This document shows, one piece after another, positions 35,884 through 50,200 of a stretch of DNA of 64,000 nucleotides. Every line of letters starts with the position of its first letter. Within the stretch, counting starts at the first letter, position 1. The notes under the pieces are model-generated. The model ran no database searches. It saw only the letters and a program-made list of their open reading frames with translations, and had not been told where the DNA came from. The position numbers and the translations under genes are program-made. Source of the DNA: Phyllosticta citribraziliensis (Eukaryota); assembly GCF_038025025.1 (NCBI RefSeq), contig NW_027117341.1:992001-1056000 (forward strand), written 5' to 3'.

Positions 35884-38800
35884 ATATATCCTAGTATAGA
35901 CTTATTTCTTTCTTTCTTTCTAGTTACTTCCTTTTCTTTCCTTTCTTATCCTAGAAGGGGGACGTTTCTTAATAGATAGAGGAGGATAGTAAATTCTAAG
36001 TTAAGGATAACTCCTTTTTTTAGCTACTACTATTATAGTCTATAGATAGTTAGGGATGCCTTAGGTAAGTAAGATAGGTACTAGCTAGTAGGCTTAGCAG
36101 TATAAGTAAGTAGATAGAATAAGTAGGGCCCTAGGGCTAAGATAGAGACAATAATAATATAATCCTTACTTAAGAAAAGACGTCCTAACTGAACTTATAA
36201 TAATAAGGTGGTAGAGGAAGGATATATTAATAAAAGCCTATAGGAGATATAGTTCCTTAATACCCTATATATAGATATATAAACTAGGTTCTTATAAAAG
36301 GAATACTTATCCTATAGGGCTAGGAATATTTAGTACCTCTAGTTATATATTAAGGCCTAGCTAGAATATAAATAGTATATAGCCTTATATACTATAGACT
36401 TACTAGAGATTATAAATATAGTTATATACTATATTAAGGGATTAGACTATATTATAGACCCTATACTAATAGGAAGAGGATACCTTCTAAGGTCTCCTCT
36501 ACTACTTATAGTATTATCCTTAGATAGCTCTTCCTCTATAACTATAGCTTTAAATAGATAGTTAACTTCTAAAACTAGGACCCCTTCTATAAAGAGTAAT
36601 AATACTATAGTTAAAGACCTAATAGATAAGCTAGCTAAGATATATATTAAATTAATCTAGGAGGCTACTAGCTATATCTATAAATAGCTTATAGATAGTA
36701 AGAAGTATAGATATATTATAAGTAATAGGGACCTATATATAAGGGTTATCTAATTATTATTTCCCTATAATAGCTCTATTAGAATAGGCTAGCTAGCTAG
36801 GTAGTATATACTACTACTAGGATAATATACTTTATAAGTAGATTTTAGTCTTCTACTAATAAGGCTACTACTATCTAGGATAACTCTTATAGGCTAACCT
36901 TAATATAACCCTAACTCCTATAACTAGGCTAGACCTACTAGTTTAAATATAAACTAAAGTATAGGAATAGGAGAATACTAGAGTTATAATAAGATAGGCT
37001 ATATAATTAGGAGTTATCCTATTCTATTACTATTTATATATACTAGCCTTATATCTATTAGTTAAAATAGATATATCTAGGACTTTAATAGCTAGCCTAT
37101 ATTAACTTATAAATAGAATAAATAGCTAGATATTAAGAAGTACTTATAGTATTAGGGATAGATAAATAATAATAATTTACTAAAAATACTACTAGTACTA
37201 GAATAATAAGTAACTCCCTACTAGGCTAGGGGAGAGTTATTATCTTAATCTATAATAAATAAAGAACTATAAGGATATTAGCCCCTATTATAAATTAATA
37301 CTAGATATAATATACCTTTAGACTATAGCTAATATAACTAAGACTAATATAACTAGGACTAGGGCTAGTATACTTAGATTAATTATACTTAGGCTAATAT
37401 AAAGGATAGCTAGCCTTATTTCTATTAGATTTACTATTATAATAAAGAGATAATATATAGTATATACTATTTTAAGGCTAAAGTACCCCCTAGAAATATA
37501 ATCTTTATAAACCTAATAAAGATTATAAAATATATAAGGAAGCTAAAGAAGCTAGCTAGGAGAAGTAGAGCTAAAATTCTATAAGCTATAGTTAATAAAA
37601 TAGCTATTAATAAATAAGTTAGGAATATAGCTAAGTAGGTAATAGCTAATAAGACTAGGAATATATCTAATAAGGATATTCTAGGTATAACCCTACTAGT
37701 AAATATATTTTAATAGCTAAGATAACTAGTTATTACTAGTCTATTAGGTAGTAATATTAAAGAACCTACTATCTTTAGTAAAGAGCCTACTTAGGAGCCT
37801 AATATAGATAAACCTTAAAGAGTAACTATAGAGGATACTAATAAGGATATATCTAATATTAAAGAAATCCTATAAAATAAGCTAAGTTTTATACTTAAGG
37901 GATTAGAGAATAATAAGCTAGAGCTACTTAATAAAGGGGCCCCCCCTAAGTAGTACTAGATTAAAACTATTATATTTAGAGACCTATTCTATTATAAATA
38001 GTATAAACTAGGTCTAAATAGCTAGAGATATAGAGATATCTTTAATAAGGAGACTATTAGGTATATAAAAGGAATCCTTAGCCTATATAATAATATATAG
38101 AAGTTATTTTATACTCCTATTAGTACTAAGATTATAGAAGAGGTCTAAGAAATACTTTATAATAATTTATAGGTATTAAATAAATACCTATATATAATAT
38201 AGAACCTATAGAAGCTAATATATACTATATATATAGAACTAGTTAATAATATTAAAGGGTACTAGTTTAACTCTTCTAATAAGCCTATAGAATTTAACTT
38301 CTCCTAGTATTACCTATTAAATAAGAAGATTATTTCCTAGATAGGATCTTTATATATTTAAATATACTAATAAATATATTAGTTACTAAGGGTAAAACTA
38401 TCTCTAGAGTTTTTAACTATATATATATAAGCCTAGTATATACTATAAAGTATATACCTACTTAGAGCTTTATTTTATATAGGCCTAATAATAAGCCTCT
38501 TTAGGATAGTAAGCCTATAGACCTATTAATATATAAGATATACTTTAGTATTAAATTACCTAAGGGTTAGGAGGATTCTATAACTACTAAAGGAGACTAT
38601 AAGCTAAAGCTAATAACCTATAAAGAGGTTATAATATTAGCTAAATAATAGGGCCTTATTATTTACTATATCCTATTACCCTTTATCCTAGTATCCTTTA
38701 GTAGCTATATAGTATAAGTACTAGTAGATACTAGAGTAAATATAAATAGTATCTCTAAGGCCCTTATAGTTAAACTTAGTATTCTAGTATAGGATATACT

Positions 38801-41800
38801 ACCTAATAGATTTAATATAATTATAGGATTTATAAATAGATTAAAGTATAAAATTAAATAATAGATCCTAAGTTTAGCTATTTAAATAGGAGTTTAGTCC
38901 TAGAGTACTTATTTCTTAGTATATAACTAAACTACTATCCCTATTATATTAGGAATACCTTAGATTATCTTAATAGGTAATAAATTTAAAATTATACCTA
39001 TTAGAGTAGTTAAGCTAAGATTTACCTACCCTATTAATCCTTACTACTATATAGAAATTATTATATACTAGGTATTCCTATTTATTAAAGGTATTAAAGA
39101 TACTATATACTATATTAGTCTAGTTAAAATCTAAAATAGTAATAGTATATAAGTAGCTAGGCTAGGAAACTAGCTAGTATAATAATTTAGGGGCTAATTA
39201 GTATATAATTACTATACTAACTAGTAGGAGGCCTATATAATTAAAATAAATAAAATATTAAAAATACTAATTTAATATTAGATAATATATTTTTAACTAT
39301 ATATATAATAGGAGAATAGAGTATTATTTATTATAGGGTATCTTAATATAGGATATTTTCTAATTACCTTAATACTACTAGATAGTAAAACCTATACTAG
39401 TATATAGTATATAAATAAAAAGGTATAAAAATAGAGCCTATAGATAATTTAATACTATAGGAGGAGTTATTAAATATAATTAAGGGGTAGAAAACTAAAG
39501 AAACTATAATAGCTAAGTAGACTACTATACTAGTAAGGGACCTCTAGGGCTAGAGATAATTTACCTACTTATTTTATCTAAGGATTACTATCTTTTAACT
39601 AGGTATATATCTTATATAGGAAAGGCTAACTAGCCTTATTATTAGAGATAACCTCTAGTTAAGAGAGTAGGAACTAATACTAGAAATACTATATAGTAGA
39701 GAGGATACTATCTTATTTAACCTTTTAGAAATAGGATAAGTTAAATTAATAGTAATATATAGGTTCCCTATTAGGATAATACTATATAAGGCCTAGAGAG
39801 TTAGAGTATTATATATTTTATAAGCTAAAATATAGTATATATTTAACTTACTTACTACTTAGTAAGATATAGGGATTATTAAATACTACTCTAGTTAATA
39901 TTATAATCTCTAGATAGTCTTACCTAAGAAGAATAGTATATATAGGTTAATTAATAATCTATAAATACTAAATAATATTACTATTTAAGATACTAGTATA
40001 CTAGAACTAATAAATAATTATATAAAATACTAGGGAGGCCTTATAATATATACCCTTATAGACCTATACTCTAGTTTTAATTAGTTTATAGTTATTAAAA
40101 AGTACTAGGATCTTACTAGATTTATTACTCTCTAGGGATACTAGTATAACTATATACTTTCTTAAGGTATAACTAATTCTCTAGGATAAGTAGTATATAG
40201 CCTAAGATATATACTAGATAACTAATAAGATAAGGCTAACCTTTTTATAGATAATATTATAGGAGGCTAGTAAAGGAGCTAATATAATAATATAGAAAGT
40301 ATAGTTATAGGAGTTAGGTAATTTATACTTAAGTATATCTAGGATATTAATAATATACTATAGAACCTAGAACTAGCTAGACTTATAATCTTAGGAGAGA
40401 AGTCCTTTTTTAGTATACTAGAAGTAGAAGTTATTAGGTTTAAATATAGAGAGTTTAGATACCTATCTACTAAGTCTAAAGTAGATAAGATTAATAATTA
40501 GGATACTTTCTAAGACCTTAAATTATTAAGGGACTTTTTAGGAGTAACTACCTATTTTTACTACTAGGTTAAGGAGTACTTATATAAGGTAGTACTATTA
40601 TATACTCTAATAAGAAAAAATATACTATTTATTTAGGAAAATAAGTATAATAAAGCTATAACTAAAATTAAGGAAGCTATTATAATAGTACCTACCTTAG
40701 TATCTATTATATATAGAGAGGAGTCTACTAGAGATATTATTATAGCTATAGATAGTAGTAGTATAGGATAGGGAGTAGTTTTAATATAAGAGAAGAATAG
40801 TACTAGGTATCTAGTAAGGTATAAGAGTAGTATTTAGTCTAGGATAGAATTATTTTATAACTCTAGGAAGCTAGAATATAGAGTACTAGTATATATAATT
40901 ACTAGATTTAAACTATAGCTATTTAGATAGTACTTCTTTATTAAAATAGACTATTATATCCTATAAGATTACCTAAATAGTAGGACTAAATTTATAATAG
41001 ATAGAGTCCTTAAGTAGTAGCTTAGCTAGCTATCTATATAGGATTTTAAGATACTATATATTACTAGGATAAAGAATAGGGTAGTAGATATACTATTAAG
41101 AAGGCTAAATTTTAAAGAGTTAAGTAAGGAAGACCTATAGAAATAGGTAGAGAAGATAGAAGATAAAATTAATAAGTTATTATTATCCCTATAGCTAAGT
41201 ATATATATAATTAGTTTTATAGATCTCCTACTAACTATCTACTAGGCTAGGGGAGAGTTAATATTAGCTAATTAAATACTAGTACTAGGCCCCTCTAGCC
41301 TACTAAGAGAGGTTATTCTATATAGAGTATTATATAAAGAGTACTCCTAAGAATTAGAGGATCTAGCTAAATTTATTACCTATAGCCTACTCCTATCTAA
41401 AGTTATATAATCTAAGGCCTAGAAGTAGTAATAACTAGTACCTATTTTAATAATTATTAAAGAATATACTATTAAAATAAGTAGTAGATAATCCTACTAC
41501 TTAAAAATAAATAGTATAATAGCTATACTATAAGTTTAGCTATTATACTAAAGAAGAAATATTTAGGAAAGTCTTAGATTAGTACTTTTAAGAAGGACTA
41601 TAGGCTAAGTATAAGTAAAAATACTAAGATTATTAGACCTATATATTTTATAGTTTATTATATAATAAGGAGGCCCTCTACCTATCCCTTAAGATACTAG
41701 TCCTAGGTAATAAGTAGTATATAGATATTATCTATATATCTAGAGGTTTCTATATTAATATATAAGAAGTAGTTTCTAGCTAGATTAAAGGATAGATCCT

Positions 41801-43399
41801 ATACTTATTAAAAGCTACCCTAGTAGCTAACTTCTTATATAAAGAGCTAATTTATTACTATAGTACCTTTTAATATCTTATTATAGATAGAGATAGTAAG
41901 AACCTAAGCTATACTAAATTTATTATAGAACTATACTATATATCTAAGGTTAATATTTTAGTATACTACCTAGAGTTAAATAGTATAGTTAAGAGAGGGT
42001 ATAGGTAAATTAATAATATACTAGCTAAGCTATTTATTAGAGGTACTAAGCCCTAGAGGCTATACTTTTATAGTATCTTATAGGCTAATAGGACTATAAT
42101 TTATAGAATAACTAGAATAACTCCTATAGAGGTCTTATATAGAAGGGACTATATACTCCCTATTAAAATAGAGATACCTATATAGTAGCTTATACTATAA
42201 TAAGATATAAAGAGTATAAGAGACCTACTAGCCTTATAAGTAAAGTAAATTAACTTATATAATAAAAAATTCTAAGAGATTATATTATAAGTATATTATT
42301 TATAGGAGTAGAATAAAGAATAGTTTAATAGCTACTATCTATAAATTAGAGAAATAATAGATAAGGGATTTAATAAGGAAGATTAGGTACTACTCTACTA
42401 TACTAAGCTTAAGGATAAGTATAATATAAAGCTTTACTTCTTTTAGAAAGGACTATTTAAAATCTATAAGGCTAATAGGGAAACTAGTACTTACTAGCTT
42501 AAAGAATTTAATAGAGAGAAAGTAGTAAATCTAATTATAGAAGATAGATTTAAAAGGTTTACTAATAGGGATAAGGTACTAGCTAAGATAGTCTACTAAT
42601 AGATTAACCTACTACTAAGAATTAGTAGAAGCTAATAGGACTAACTATTATATCTATTATACCTATTAAATAGACCCTAGCCTAAAACTAGAATTATATA
42701 CCTTAAGACCCTAAAGGGTATATATATCCTATAATATTCTAATTAAGTATTAGACTAGTATAAGGCTATTAATAATAGCTAGGATAATAAGGATAAAAAC
42801 CTAGATAAATTAAATAAGTAGGATATCTAGATCTTTAGAGTTTTAGTATTTTAAGGTAAAGTTTATATATTTAAGAGAGGTAATAGTATTAAGAAAGTTT
42901 AAACTAATAAGGGTATAGTAAGTTTAGTACTAATAGGCTAATAGTAATATTTACTAATTATAGTTTAGTATACTACTAATAACTCCCCCCTAGGACTAGG
43001 GGATAGTTATTAGGCTAATTAGGAGCTATAAAATAACCCTATACTATATATATAAGCTTATATATCCCTAAAAATCTTTAGAACCCTAATAACTAAACTA
43101 TTAGGTTCTAAGCTAAAAATATTTCTTTATTAAGACTATAAGTAGGAATAGAGTTTTAGTATTATTATTTAGTATACTAAGCTAATAAGGATATAATATA
43201 TAACTATAAGCTAGCCCTTATATTAGTTTAGTACTACTCCTTACTAAGTATTTTACTTTTAAGTAGTTATTTCTCTTACTAGTAGTAAGATATCTTAGAA
43301 TTTTCCTAATTAGGCCTAGTATAGATAGTACTCTTATTAAAGAATTACTACTTAACTATTATAACTACTACCCCTATAATAATCCCCCCTTACTATTAT

Positions 43400-46300
43400 A
43401 ATAGAGGATATACTTACTAACCCTACTATAGATATTACTACTACTAAAGATACTAATAATACTATTATCTTAGCTAATTATAATATTATCTATCTTTATA
43501 AAGCTTCTATTACTAATATTATCTAATATACCTATAAGGCTAATCCCTATAGGGCTATAAAGGAGCTTATTTATTACTAGTATATTCCTAGTACTATTAC
43601 TTAGGGAGACTAGGAAACTATACTAAACTATATTAATACCTACTTATTCTATAAAGAATACCTAGATAAGTACTATAATTTTATTTACTAGCTATATAAC
43701 TTCTATAAATTATAGTAAGAGGGCCTAGTTAGGCTAGGTATAATTATTAATAATACTATTAACTAGGGAACCTTATTCTATAATCTTAAGAGCTATAGCT
43801 ATAATATAGCCTAAGACTTCTAAATCTTTAAGAGGGACTATAATTTATTAAAGGAGGACTAGTAGTATAAAGATAAGTACTACTAAGATATATAAAATAT
43901 AATTAATAGTAACTTTAACTTTACTAAGCTTAATTTAGATAAGAATAGTAAAACTAGTATATATAATACTAAGGTAGGCTTATAAAAATATATTAGTAGC
44001 TTTATAAAGATTATAGGTCCTTAGAAGGGTATTATTTATATAGATTTTCTTAAGAAAGAGCTAGCTAGCTAAGATTATACTACTAGAGCTAATAATTAAG
44101 AATAGAGACTATAAGGCTCTACTATTAAAGTTAGCTTCTTAGACTATATTAGGTAAGCTAATCTATTATATTAATTAATATATTACTATTATAAAGCTAT
44201 CCTATAACCCTAAGGTTATAGGTACCTAGCTAGTCTATAATAAGTATAGAATACCCTACCTAGACCTAGACCTCTTAATATAATAAGGGTCTCTATAGTA
44301 AGGATATATATATTATATAGCTATTATTACTCTAGAGCTTATAAAGATACTACTAGAATAGGCTACTTACTATAATTCTCTAATAGATACCCTTATAGAG
44401 ATAGATACTAGCTAGTTTACTACCTTATTTAGAGAGTACTTAGGTAAGGGAGATTTTATTAGGGCTATAACTATAGATCCTAATAAAGATATAGATAAAG
44501 CTTTCTATTACTCTACTTATAAAATAGGAGTAATATTTAGTAAGGCTACTAGTATATTATCTATATAGCTAAGTATTAGTATAATAACTCTCCCCTAGGC
44601 TAGTAGTAAGTTATTTATTATCTAAGCTAATAGTAATATTAATTTAGTACTTCTTATAAATAAATTAGCTATTAGTTTTACTAGTCCTAATAATAATTTA
44701 GTAGATATCCTTAACTTAGTAAGGCTATCTAATAATATTATAAATATAGCCCTAAGCTATAACTTACTTAGAGATAATATCTAGGGTACTTTAAAGTAAT
44801 AGAGGTCCCCTCCTTAAGAGGAAGAGTCTAGTAAATACTACTATTTTAATACCCCTCCTATTACCCCTAATATATACTAGTAAATTATACTAACTATTAA
44901 AAGTTTAGTCTATAGAAGTAATAATAATAATACTATTCTCTTAATAAATAAGGATAATAAGGAAGAGGTCTATAATAATAAAGAAGTAGACTTAGACCTA
45001 GAAGTTATTATTATATCTCTAACTAATAGTACTAAGAAGATTTATATAGCTAAGTACTATATCTATACTAGAACTAATAACTAGATCTTATCTATTAAAT
45101 TTTATAAGAAATTTTCTACTAAGGCTATCCCTATATCTAAGGAGTCTTAGTAAAAGAAGCTTTATAAGCTTAGTAAGGCTAGAGACTAGTATAACCTAAA
45201 TAATTATTATAACTCTTATATCTATAGGATTAGTAAATACTTAGGTCTTTAAACTAAATAGGGAATAGATAATATTATTTACCTCTACTTAGAATATATT
45301 TAGTATAACTATAAAAGATTATCTAATATTCTATCCTATAAGGATAGGTACTATTAATTTATACTATCTTTTTATCTAGTTTACCCTACTAATACTATAG
45401 GCCTATATATATTTAGCTATAACTATAATACCTAGTTTAAGGCTATTATAGCTATAGTTTAGAATATAATCCCTACCCTTAATAAGAGTCTTACTACTCT
45501 ATTTAGTATAGGTTATAGCTAGTATCTAGACCTTACTAATATCTTACTTAGTAAATTTAAGGCTACTAGTAATTTAATTATTAATAGCTCTCTCTTTAGC
45601 TTCCTAGATAGTATATACTCTAGAATTAATAAAGAGTTTAGCTATTATATCTAGTACTAATAGGAGATTAATACTTATTAAAACCTAGGCTAGAACTATA
45701 TAATATTCTACTTACTAGTATAGTAGCTTATTTACTAGTACCTAGTATACTAGCTCCTATATATTTTACTTAGACCTAATTATACTTACTAGCTCTATAT
45801 AATACTATACTATATAAAGGACTAGAAGAAGGGTAACTATACTAAGTTCTACTACTTTAATATTAACTTAAATAACTATACTAATACTAATAGGGGTATT
45901 AATATAATTTAAGGTACTATCTCTCTTAATAGTAAGACTAATATAAATTATATAATTTTAGTAGAGGGCTTTATACCTTATTTTAAGGATTATAGGGATA
46001 GTACTATTACTAAAAAGGTATATAACCCTATAAATATAATAGGTATTACTAATATTAAGAAGGGTCCTATTCTTAACTACTTTATTAAGTTTACTAAAGA
46101 TAGAGGCCTAGGCTAGTCTAATAGTAAGGTAGTAGTTTATAGTACTAGGATTTCCTACCTAATAATACTATATAGAGCTAAGAGCCTAGTAAAGGGTATA
46201 TATAAGATAATCTTCTTATAGTACTATAAAGTTAACTAGGACTATAATTATCTAGAAATTAATAAGATAGGTACTTAGGTAGAGCTAGTAATATACTATA

Positions 46301-46809
46301 AGAACTAGGTCCCTTCTAAGGTTATACTTACTAGTTTCCTATATATATATAGCTATTACCCCTATAAGTTTCTAGTATTAATAGAGGTAGTTAGTATTAA
46401 TCTAATTAATAATACCTTAGTCTACTCTTATTACTAGAACTCCCTATTAGTTATAAAGGAAGTTAAGAAGGTTATAAATATAACTAATAATCCTAAGGTA
46501 CTAGCTAGCTATTTCTATAATATAGAGCTAGATATAATTAATACCTATAATAAGCTATTCCTAGTCTTTATTAAAGAGGAGAAGTATACCTTTAGTAAGA
46601 AGTCCTACTTCTACTATAAGGATAATAATATTACTAGGCCTACTCCTAATAAGCCTCTACTAACTAATAAGGATATTATTAAAGCTATAGATATCTAGTA
46701 CTATAATAAGTATAGTAAGAATAAGGACTAGGATAATATCTTACCTACTAGCCCTATTTATAGGAGTATATATAATAAGGGTAAGTAGTATACTAATTAG
46801 CTACTCTAA
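43400..46809 (+). pseudogene. RIP-inactivated extra ORF(s) downstream of pol in D (~43400-44420 and ~44580-46809), unknown products; boundaries approximate
   Basis: Long frame-consistent coding-like stretches between the integrase end (~42850) and the 3' LTR. No domain recognised. Confidence 0.55.
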
Positions 46810-47222
46810 CCTAGCCTCCTATAGACTATAGCTTATTCTCTTTTACCTTTATCCTTATTTCTTCTTACTTACTAGGGGATAGTAAAATAAGGAGTACCTC
46901 CCTATATATAGTACTACTAGCTAGTATAGTTTTTATAGCTTTTAAAGGTTATTTTTTAGTAATTATTATTCTTAATCTTAGCTATAATTTTAGCTTAGAT
47001 ATAAGTAGAAGATTAGGCTAGTAAGAAAATTAGACTATAGGTAGCTCTAGAATACTAGGAAAATATAGTTCTATACAGTTTAGTAGTAATAATAATGGCT
47101 AATAAAAGTATAAGTAAACTTAGTATCTTTAGTAGTAATAGGAGGTCTTATATTATTAGTATTATTAGTAGTAGATTAGCTGGTTATATACCCCCTTTTA
47201 TAGCTACTTATAGAGAGGTACT

Positions 47223-50200
47223 TGTTGCGTAACACGGCGCATGCTGCTTGTATTTTATAGTATCTAGCACTTAGTATTTACTTCTTCTATATATACTAGC
47301 TATTTCTAGTTAGCCTAAGAGTAGATAGTTATTCTATATAGGCTATATAATAACTACTCTTACTCCTTACCTATTAATTATTAGTAGTCTATATTAATTT
47401 ACTCTACTAGGTATTATAATACTATTAATAGGTCTCTTACTACTTATAAGAGGATAAGACTTATTATCTATCCCTTATTAATAAGTTTTCTTACTTTAAT
47501 TATACCCTATAAGGTATTAGGTTAAAATACTATAGTTTTAGATATACTAGAAGTACTAGGTATTATTATTTTTATAGTCTATAGCCTTAGGTAAGGTATA
47601 TAAGTAAGATTCTAGACTAAGATAGTCCTATTAGTAATAGAGATATAATATCTTATTATATTATATAGTTAATAACCTATATAATAGCTAAGAGTAGCTA
47701 GTCTACTAATAGTATAGTACTATTAGCTACTCCTTAGATAATACTAATAGCTAGCTAGTAGTCCTTAACTACTAGCCTATTATCTAGCTAACCTATTACC
47801 CCTTAGGGTAATAATAATAATAAACTACCTACTATTACTATACTAATAACTTAGTAGCTCTAGGAGTAGGTCCTAGGGCTTATATAGGTAATTTATAATA
47901 GGGGTAATATACTAGGCTATAAGGTCTAGTACTAGTTTACTAATCCTAAGTACTAGTCTAGTAATAGTATACTAGATAACTACTATATATAGTATAGTAG
48001 TATTAAGGATAAGCTACTCTTTAATAGTAGCTAGTATCTAGATAATATAGCCTAGGCTATATATATTTACTCTTACCTAGCTAGTAAGGCTATATTAGCT
48101 ACTATTATTATTAATAATAATAATAATAGTAAAGATAGTACTAATAACCCTAAGGCTATCTAGACCTTATTAGATAGCTTATATAGTATTATAGACTAGT
48201 AAAGCTATACTATTACTTAGCTTACTACTATAGACTATATTACTAGTACTAGGGTAGCTTTTAAGATATTATTATATATATTCTATATATTAGCTTAATA
48301 TACTAGCTAGGATAGCTATATAGCTAAGGATTAGCTAATCTATAAGCTATATAAACTATTCTATAATATTACTATTACTAATATTATAAAAGGCTATACT
48401 AAGCTATTATATATCTTAGGCTAGGCTACTAATATTAGCTAGGCTAAGCTAGTACTAACCCTATAAATAGTAAACTACTATAAGGGTACCCTCTATATAC
48501 CTATACTAGCTAGGCCTTCTTATTAGGCTACTCCTACTACTAAAGGTACTACTAGTAGTATTAAATAGGAGTATATAGCTATACTAGAGGATTATAGTTA
48601 TTAGTATTATAGTAGTCTAGGGTACTAGATTAAGGACTATCCCTATAGTAAGCCTATATATTAGTAGCTAATTTATACCTATACTACTACTAGGGTAGAG
48701 GAGTTTACTAATAAGTTTATAGATATAATTAAGGACCTAGGTATTATTATTATTAGCTATAGTAATATTATAGACTTAGATAAGATATTAGGAAATAAGT
48801 AGCCTCTTATAAAACTACTATAGGAGGTGATACCTATAAGATAGCTATTAGTTATTTAATATAATTAGGGAATAGAGTTTCTAGTCCTTCTTACTACTCT
48901 TATACTATATATATCTATATATATCCTAATATACTATTATAGCCTATCTATATCCTTATTAACTCTAGCTATACTAGTAGCCTATATATAAGCTAGTCCC
49001 TTAAGAGTAAACTTATTACTACTAGTACTTAGAAGTAATAGTTATATAAGCCCTAGATAATTAGTAATTATATATATAACTAGACCTAATATCTTACCTA
49101 TAAGCTTATTACTAGGTTATTATTTAGCTTAGAATATAGGAAGGATTCTATATTTTTTAATTTATAGGCTTCTATAATAATTACCTAGATTAGTCCTTTA
49201 TATAATTTATTTATTAGCTTAGAGTATATATACTAGTTTAGTTTTATACTAGATCTAGGCTATATATTATTAAAGATTAGTAGAGTAAAGTTAGGTAGGT
49301 TATATTAGTATAGTACTAATTTAAGAGATAATTTTTTAGCTAAATCTTAGGATATTTTAGTTTAGCCTTAGATAGCCTTTAAGCTAATTAAATCCTTACT
49401 ACCTACTTAAATATTATCTTAGGTATTATAATCTAGTATAGTCTATCTACCTATATCTATAGCTAGTATACTACTACTTATAACTATAACTATAACTCTC
49501 CTCTAGATTAGTAGCTAGTTATCTAATAACTATCCCTTATTATTATTACTATCTATAAATAATACTACCTTATCCCTACTATAGCCTACTACTATAACTC
49601 CTATTAAGATCTTATATTATAGCTAACCTCTTAATAATAACCTAATAATCTCTCCCCTATAAGTTAGTACTAAGTAAGTTAGCTAGCTATACTAGTTAAT
49701 ATATTATAAGAGAGGCCTACTAAGAGAGCTCTCTTAATTATAATACTACTATTAAGTACCTAAGGATATTTCTATTATTAAGGAGACTATAAGTTAGCTT
49801 AATAAGTAGAGTTATTCTTAGGTAAGCTTATTAGCTAATATAGTACTAATTATAGCTTTTAATATAGTCCTACTCTAATAATAGCTTAATACTAAGGCCT
49901 ATTCTATCTATACCTTTACTCCTATTAATAACTTAGAGTATACTAAACTTTATTTATTAGAGCCTATCCTATAAGCTTTTAGTACTAGTAGTAATAAGCC
50001 TTACTTATATTATACTATCCCTTATAAGTATTATAACCTCTTAGATACTTTTTATAATACTAACCTACTCCCTTATACCTATCTATAGACTAACTTCTAT
50101 ATAGAACTAAAAGATAGTACTAAACCTAAAGACCTTAGGTATATACTACTCTAGTATACTAATAATATCTAGTTAGCTAAGATTAAGTAGTATATCTAGG

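Larger units (their letters stand above)
24304..36202 (+). mobile_element. Complete large Ty3/Gypsy element H (11899 bp) with chromodomain and extra 5' and 3' coding-like regions, inserted in gag of D
   Basis: 172-bp LTRs at 24304-24475 and 36031-36202; TSD ATAAG at 24299-24303 and 36203-36207; PBS-like TAGTAGC at 24481. Gag motif IGYFDPD ~26718, protease CLDTG ~28438, RT YIDD 29812, integrase ~31260-32340, chromodomain EYEI...YLINWKGWG ~32425-32580. Confidence 0.94.

Noticed and set aside
45841..45900. Possible HxD dioxygenase (TET/JBP-like) motif in D's extra ORF
   Set aside because: Obtainable only by choosing among many de-RIP readings; no supporting motifs found.
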